Of a stretch of DNA of 12,577 nucleotides, positions 9,040-12,577 are shown piece after piece (within the stretch, counting starts at the first letter, position 1; the number at the start of each line of letters is the position of its first letter). Source of the stretch: Fonticula alba ATCC 38817 (Eukaryota > Protista > Nucleariida); assembly GCA_000388065.2 (NCBI GenBank), contig KB932207.1; one strand, written 5' to 3'. The notes beneath the pieces are model-generated. The model searched no databases. It had not been told where the DNA came from and worked only from the letters and a program-made list of their open reading frames with translations. The position numbers and the translations under genes are program-made.

Positions 9040-9984
9040 TCAATCGCGCGCCGGGGGGAACACCTGCTCGGCGCCCGGGCCCGGGTCCAGTTCGCGCAGC
9101 GTCAGTAGCGCCGCCGGTCCAGCGTGTGCCACGCTCAGTGGCGAGTCGAAATAGGCCCGCGAGGCGGCCTGCCGGCTCAGCTGGATAAGTGCCAGGCTGG
9201 CATGCCGTGCCAGGCAGGCGGGCACGCCCGGGCGAGGGGGATAGGGCACCGAGATCCGGCGGGCGGCCGGTGTCAATGTCGAGACGGCCGAAAGCACACA
9301 GCGAAAGAGCCGAAGCCCCGGGGCCGGGCGCAGGGCAAAAAAAAAAAAAAAAAAGGAAGAGAGAAATACACGCACTCCGCCAGCACCAGGGACGTCATGG
9401 CCTCGAGGATGGGGACCGCGCGCGGGCCGACGCACGGGTCGTGGCGCCCGGCCCCGGCGACCTCGCGCAGGGCCCCGGCCCAGTCGGCCGTCCGCTGGGC
9501 CCGGGCAATGGTGGATGGCGGTCGCATGGCCACGCGGAAGGACAGCGGCAGGCCGGTGGTCAGCCCGCCCTGGGACCCGGCGCTTTGATTGGTGGCCGGG
9601 ACCAGGGGCACAATCGGGCCACGCCCGGCAACCGGGCGCTCAAACGGGCCGGCCGCCGCGAAGGGGTCATTCCAGCGGCTGCCGTGCGATTGGACCGCCC
9701 GGTGCCAGCCATCCCGGCCCATGGCAAAGCCCCGGGCGGCCGGCAGCGAGAGGGCCGCGTGGGCCAGCCGCGCGGGCAGCCGGTCGAACACCGGCTCGCC
9801 CCAGCCGGCCGGGAGGCCGCGCACCCGGACGGCCAGCCGCGCGCCGACCGAGTCCCCGCGTGCCTGGGACTCGGCGATGGCGGCCTCCATGCGCCGGGCC
9901 CAGTACGGGCAGGGGCACCGGACGGGATGGGCGTCCACCTGGGCCCGGGTGAACCAACAGCCCTCCGCGCTGTGAGCCGGCTCG

Positions 9985-10055
<71 letters not shown>

Positions 10056-11126
10056 GTGGTGGTGGTGGTGGTGGTCATCTTCGCAGGCATCGGACTCGAG
10101 GCCCGGATCGCCGGGCTCGGTGCCGGCGGCACAGGCATCCTCGCTGCATGCGGCCCCGGCCGGGTGACGCGGCATGGCCACCCGGCCAACTGCCTCCACA
10201 TATGCAACCACCTCGACACCGAAGGCGCCGGCCAGCCAGAGGTCGGCCACGGCGCCGGCGGCCACGCGCGCGGCCGTTTCGCGAGCCGACGCCCGGCCCC
10301 CGCCCGAGGCACTCGGCAGGAAGGCCCACGGGCTGCTGGCCAGGCTTTGGCGCAGGGCCTGGCGCTCGGCCAGGAGGGCCCCATCGGCCGGGACATCGGC
10401 GCCGGCGGCCAGCCGGTCGGCCTCGGCCAGCCCGGCAAACAGCTGGTCCTGGTGCGCGGCCGATGCCGGGCTGTGCGGCACGGCATACTTGCACCGGTAT
10501 GTGTAGTCCGCATGCGAGGGCCGGGGGGCCGCGTCGCGCGAGGCCGGCTCGGCGCTGCCTGCCGGCCGTGAAGGGGCATGCTCGGCCTCGGGCGCGGCCG
10601 TGGCCGGGGAATGCACCGCCAGGAAGGCCTGGTAGTCCTGCGGCCGGGCGTCCTGGTTGTCGATCATCATGGCCAACGGGGTGCCGAGCGACCGTCCGGT
10701 CAGGGGGTCCAGCCCGCTGAGGATGCGCACCCGGTCCGGCTCATTGCGCTGCGTCGATGGGGGCGAGGGGAGGTGAGATGCACGGGGGGGGGGGGCGGGG
10801 GGGCGGGGGAAATGGCAGCGCCACACAGGCAGACCATGCTACATGACGGCCAGCGGGGAACCGTCACCAGGACACTGGCGGGGCAGACCGGGGGGCGCAT
10901 GGGCAGAGCCCGGCAGCCGGCCCGCCAGCGCGCGCCATGGGGCCTGGCCGAGACGCACCGGGGTGACGAGATGGCTCTGGCCGGGGCGCCGGCGGTCAAG
11001 TTGCCGCTGCACGGCGGCGGCCGGGATCAGCAGCCCGGGCGGCACCCCATCGATTACACAGCCAACCGCGTCGCCGTGCGACTCGCCAAAGGTCGTCACA
11101 CGGAAGAGCGTGTTGAGTGATGACAT
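9040..11126 (-). CDS. ARO2: Chorismate synthase (shikimate pathway step 7), about 565 aa, three exons
   Basis: Exons (minus strand) 11126-10959, 10748-9376, 9196-9040 total 1698 nt. Introns 10958-10749 and 9375-9197 are both GTGCGT..CAG, phases 0 and 2. Family motifs: [90 protein letters not shown](LALIQ). The LVLADxxLIQ end resembles fungal Aro2. Confidence 0.96.
9337..9354. repeat. A18 (T18 on the transcript) homopolymer in chorismate synthase intron 2
   Basis: Visible directly. Confidence 0.9.
9987..10073 (-). repeat. (CAC)7(CAG)22 coding repeat giving H7-Q22 inside chorismate synthase
   Basis: On the plus strand, 22 CTG at 9987-10052 and 7 GTG at 10053-10073, in frame with exon 2. Confidence 0.95.
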
Positions 11127-11650
11127 GCTGAGGAGCCGGGGGCGGGGGCGGGGAAGGTCTAGGCGGCAGGACCTGCTGGGTGGTGGGATCGTGCCCCTCG
11201 CCTCCGGCGCCGGTCTCCAGGCCTGGCCCTTGGATCTTGGGACGGGAGGGCGTACGGCGTGCGGCGCGTGCGGGCCGGGCGATCGGGCGGGCGCGAGGCC
11301 AGGCGTGATTCGTTGCCCGGGGTCACGCGGGACGCTGTAACTCGCGGTTAACTGTCCGCGCGTGGGCGCCGGGCCGGTGGGACCCGTGGAAACCCCGGGT
11401 GTGCAGGCAACCCGCGCGGTCTGAACTGGTGGAACCCGCACTTTGTGAGGCCACATACCTGCAACCCTGACCCGGGCTGGGCGACCGCGCTGCAGCGCCT
11501 CACGGGCGGGGATCTGCTCGTTGTTTTTCTTTCACGGCCGGAAATTGCTCCGGCCCTGGATGAGGGTTGGTGCGAGGGCGTGGGCGCGCGGCCACGCCGA
11601 GGTGGCCCTGCGCGCCTGGCGGTGTTTTCATGTGCGAGGCCGCCTCTACG

Positions 11651-11722
11651 GCGGCAGGGCGGCGGCAGGGCAGCGGCAGGGCGGCGCGGCGCGGCGCGGC
11701 GCGGCGCGGCGCGGCGTGGCGC
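11651..11722. repeat. GC-rich tandem arrays: about 3 x GCGGCAGGGC, then about 8 x GGCGC
   Basis: Visible directly upstream of chorismate synthase. Confidence 0.85.
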
Positions 11723-12020
11723 ACGACGCGTGCGGCGGAACAGGCCGGGCGCCGGGCGCCGCAGGCAGCGCCGCCCGAGAGGGGAGGGTGGGCACGCGCC
11801 CCGGAGCTGGTACGGGGAGTTGCACTGGGGCCGGCCCCCTGGAGGAAGGGGCGACGGGGGGCACGGCGGGTGTTCGTTCGGCCCCCCGAAGCGGGCGGGT
11901 AACCGCGAACCGGGGTGCGACCATCGGCGGGCGCGAGAGGCGCCGGCCAGGGGGGGCGGCGTGCGCGGGGGTGTGTGTGCGCCCCTGAAGCGAGGGCGAA
12001 GCACGGCGCGTGTGTTCCCA

Positions 12021-12078
12021 AGAGAGCGAGAGAGAGTGAGAGAGTGAGAGAGTAAGAGAGTAAGAGAGAGTGAGAGAG
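12021..12078. repeat. Interrupted (GA)n / GAGAGAGT array
   Basis: agagagcgagagagagtgagagagtgagagagtaagagagtaagagagagtgagagag; a second, smaller GA patch lies at about 12197-12230. Confidence 0.9.
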
Positions 12079-12577
12079 CGCGCGCTGAACGAAGGGCGTG
12101 CGCTCCTGCCAACTATTTTTCAGCAATGCTCACCAAGCGGCAAGCCCGAGGGCCGGAGCCAGGACGCGGGCGAGGGCCGGCCGGCTGGCCCTGGCCGAGA
12201 GAGCGAGAGAGAGAGTGAGAGGAGAGAGAGCCCCGCCCACTTGGCGGCGGTCTGCCGTGGCTCTCGCCCCCTGTCCGCGGGGGGGGGATAGCCGGGCGCC
12301 GGTGCCGGCGTCTCCCTCCTCGGGCAAGATACCAAGGGCGGGCGCACGCCGGAGGGGGGTGGCTTCCATTGTTGCTACTGCCGCTGTGCTGCCGCCGTGC
12401 CGCCCTGGGGCCACCTCGGCGGTTGCCTCAGTTGGACATATGTCGGACGCCGGGCGAGTGCGCGCAGGGGGGCGGGCGGCGCGTGCGCGCCCGAGACAAC
12501 GGGCGCGCCGCATTCATCACTACTCACCCTGTTCGCCAAGCCCCATGTGGCCCTTGGCCGGGGGGGGGGGGGGGGGA

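Noticed and set aside
9189-10571. 460-aa plus-strand ORF with polyL/polyV that looks like a transmembrane segment
   Set aside because: It is antisense to chorismate synthase; the hydrophobic run is the CTG/GTG mirror of H7-Q22.
11348-12513. ORFs upstream of chorismate synthase
   Set aside because: They translate GGCGC and GA repeats (RRGAA, ERER, LSLS) and have no family motif.
1-12577. CRISPR array, tRNA, rRNA, transposon or prokaryotic operon
   Set aside because: No repeat-spacer structure, cloverleaf, terminal repeats or transposase/RT motifs were seen. The three genes are intron-containing and functionally unrelated, so no gene cluster is claimed.

Overview
Very GC-rich, microsatellite-dense eukaryotic DNA with short GT-AG introns (about 110-210 nt; donors GTGCGT/GTACGC/GTATGT, several with CTGAC/CTAAC-like branch points). 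The style suggests a unicellular opisthokont such as Fonticula, but that is inference only. Three spliced genes can be rebuilt by hand. (1) A five-exon + strand gene (2114-7064, about 1462 aa) joins the two longest ORFs into one orphan protein with an 8-Cys zinc-finger-like motif spaced like a nuclear-receptor C4 DNA-binding domain, plus polyQ, a basic NLS-like motif and a long Pro/Gly/Met/Ser-rich disordered tail. (2) A five-exon BLOC1S1/GCN5L1 homologue lies at 7579-8816 (+, 183 aa). (3) A three-exon chorismate synthase lies at 11126-9040 (-, about 565 aa) and carries three large insertions, one with H7-Q22. Regions 1-2100 and 11130-12577 look mostly non-coding, and most other listed ORFs are GC-driven or antisense shadows. 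There is no evidence for CRISPR, tRNA, rRNA or a transposon. The best novelty candidate is the nuclear-receptor-like zinc finger in an apparently non-animal genome, which is unconfirmed.
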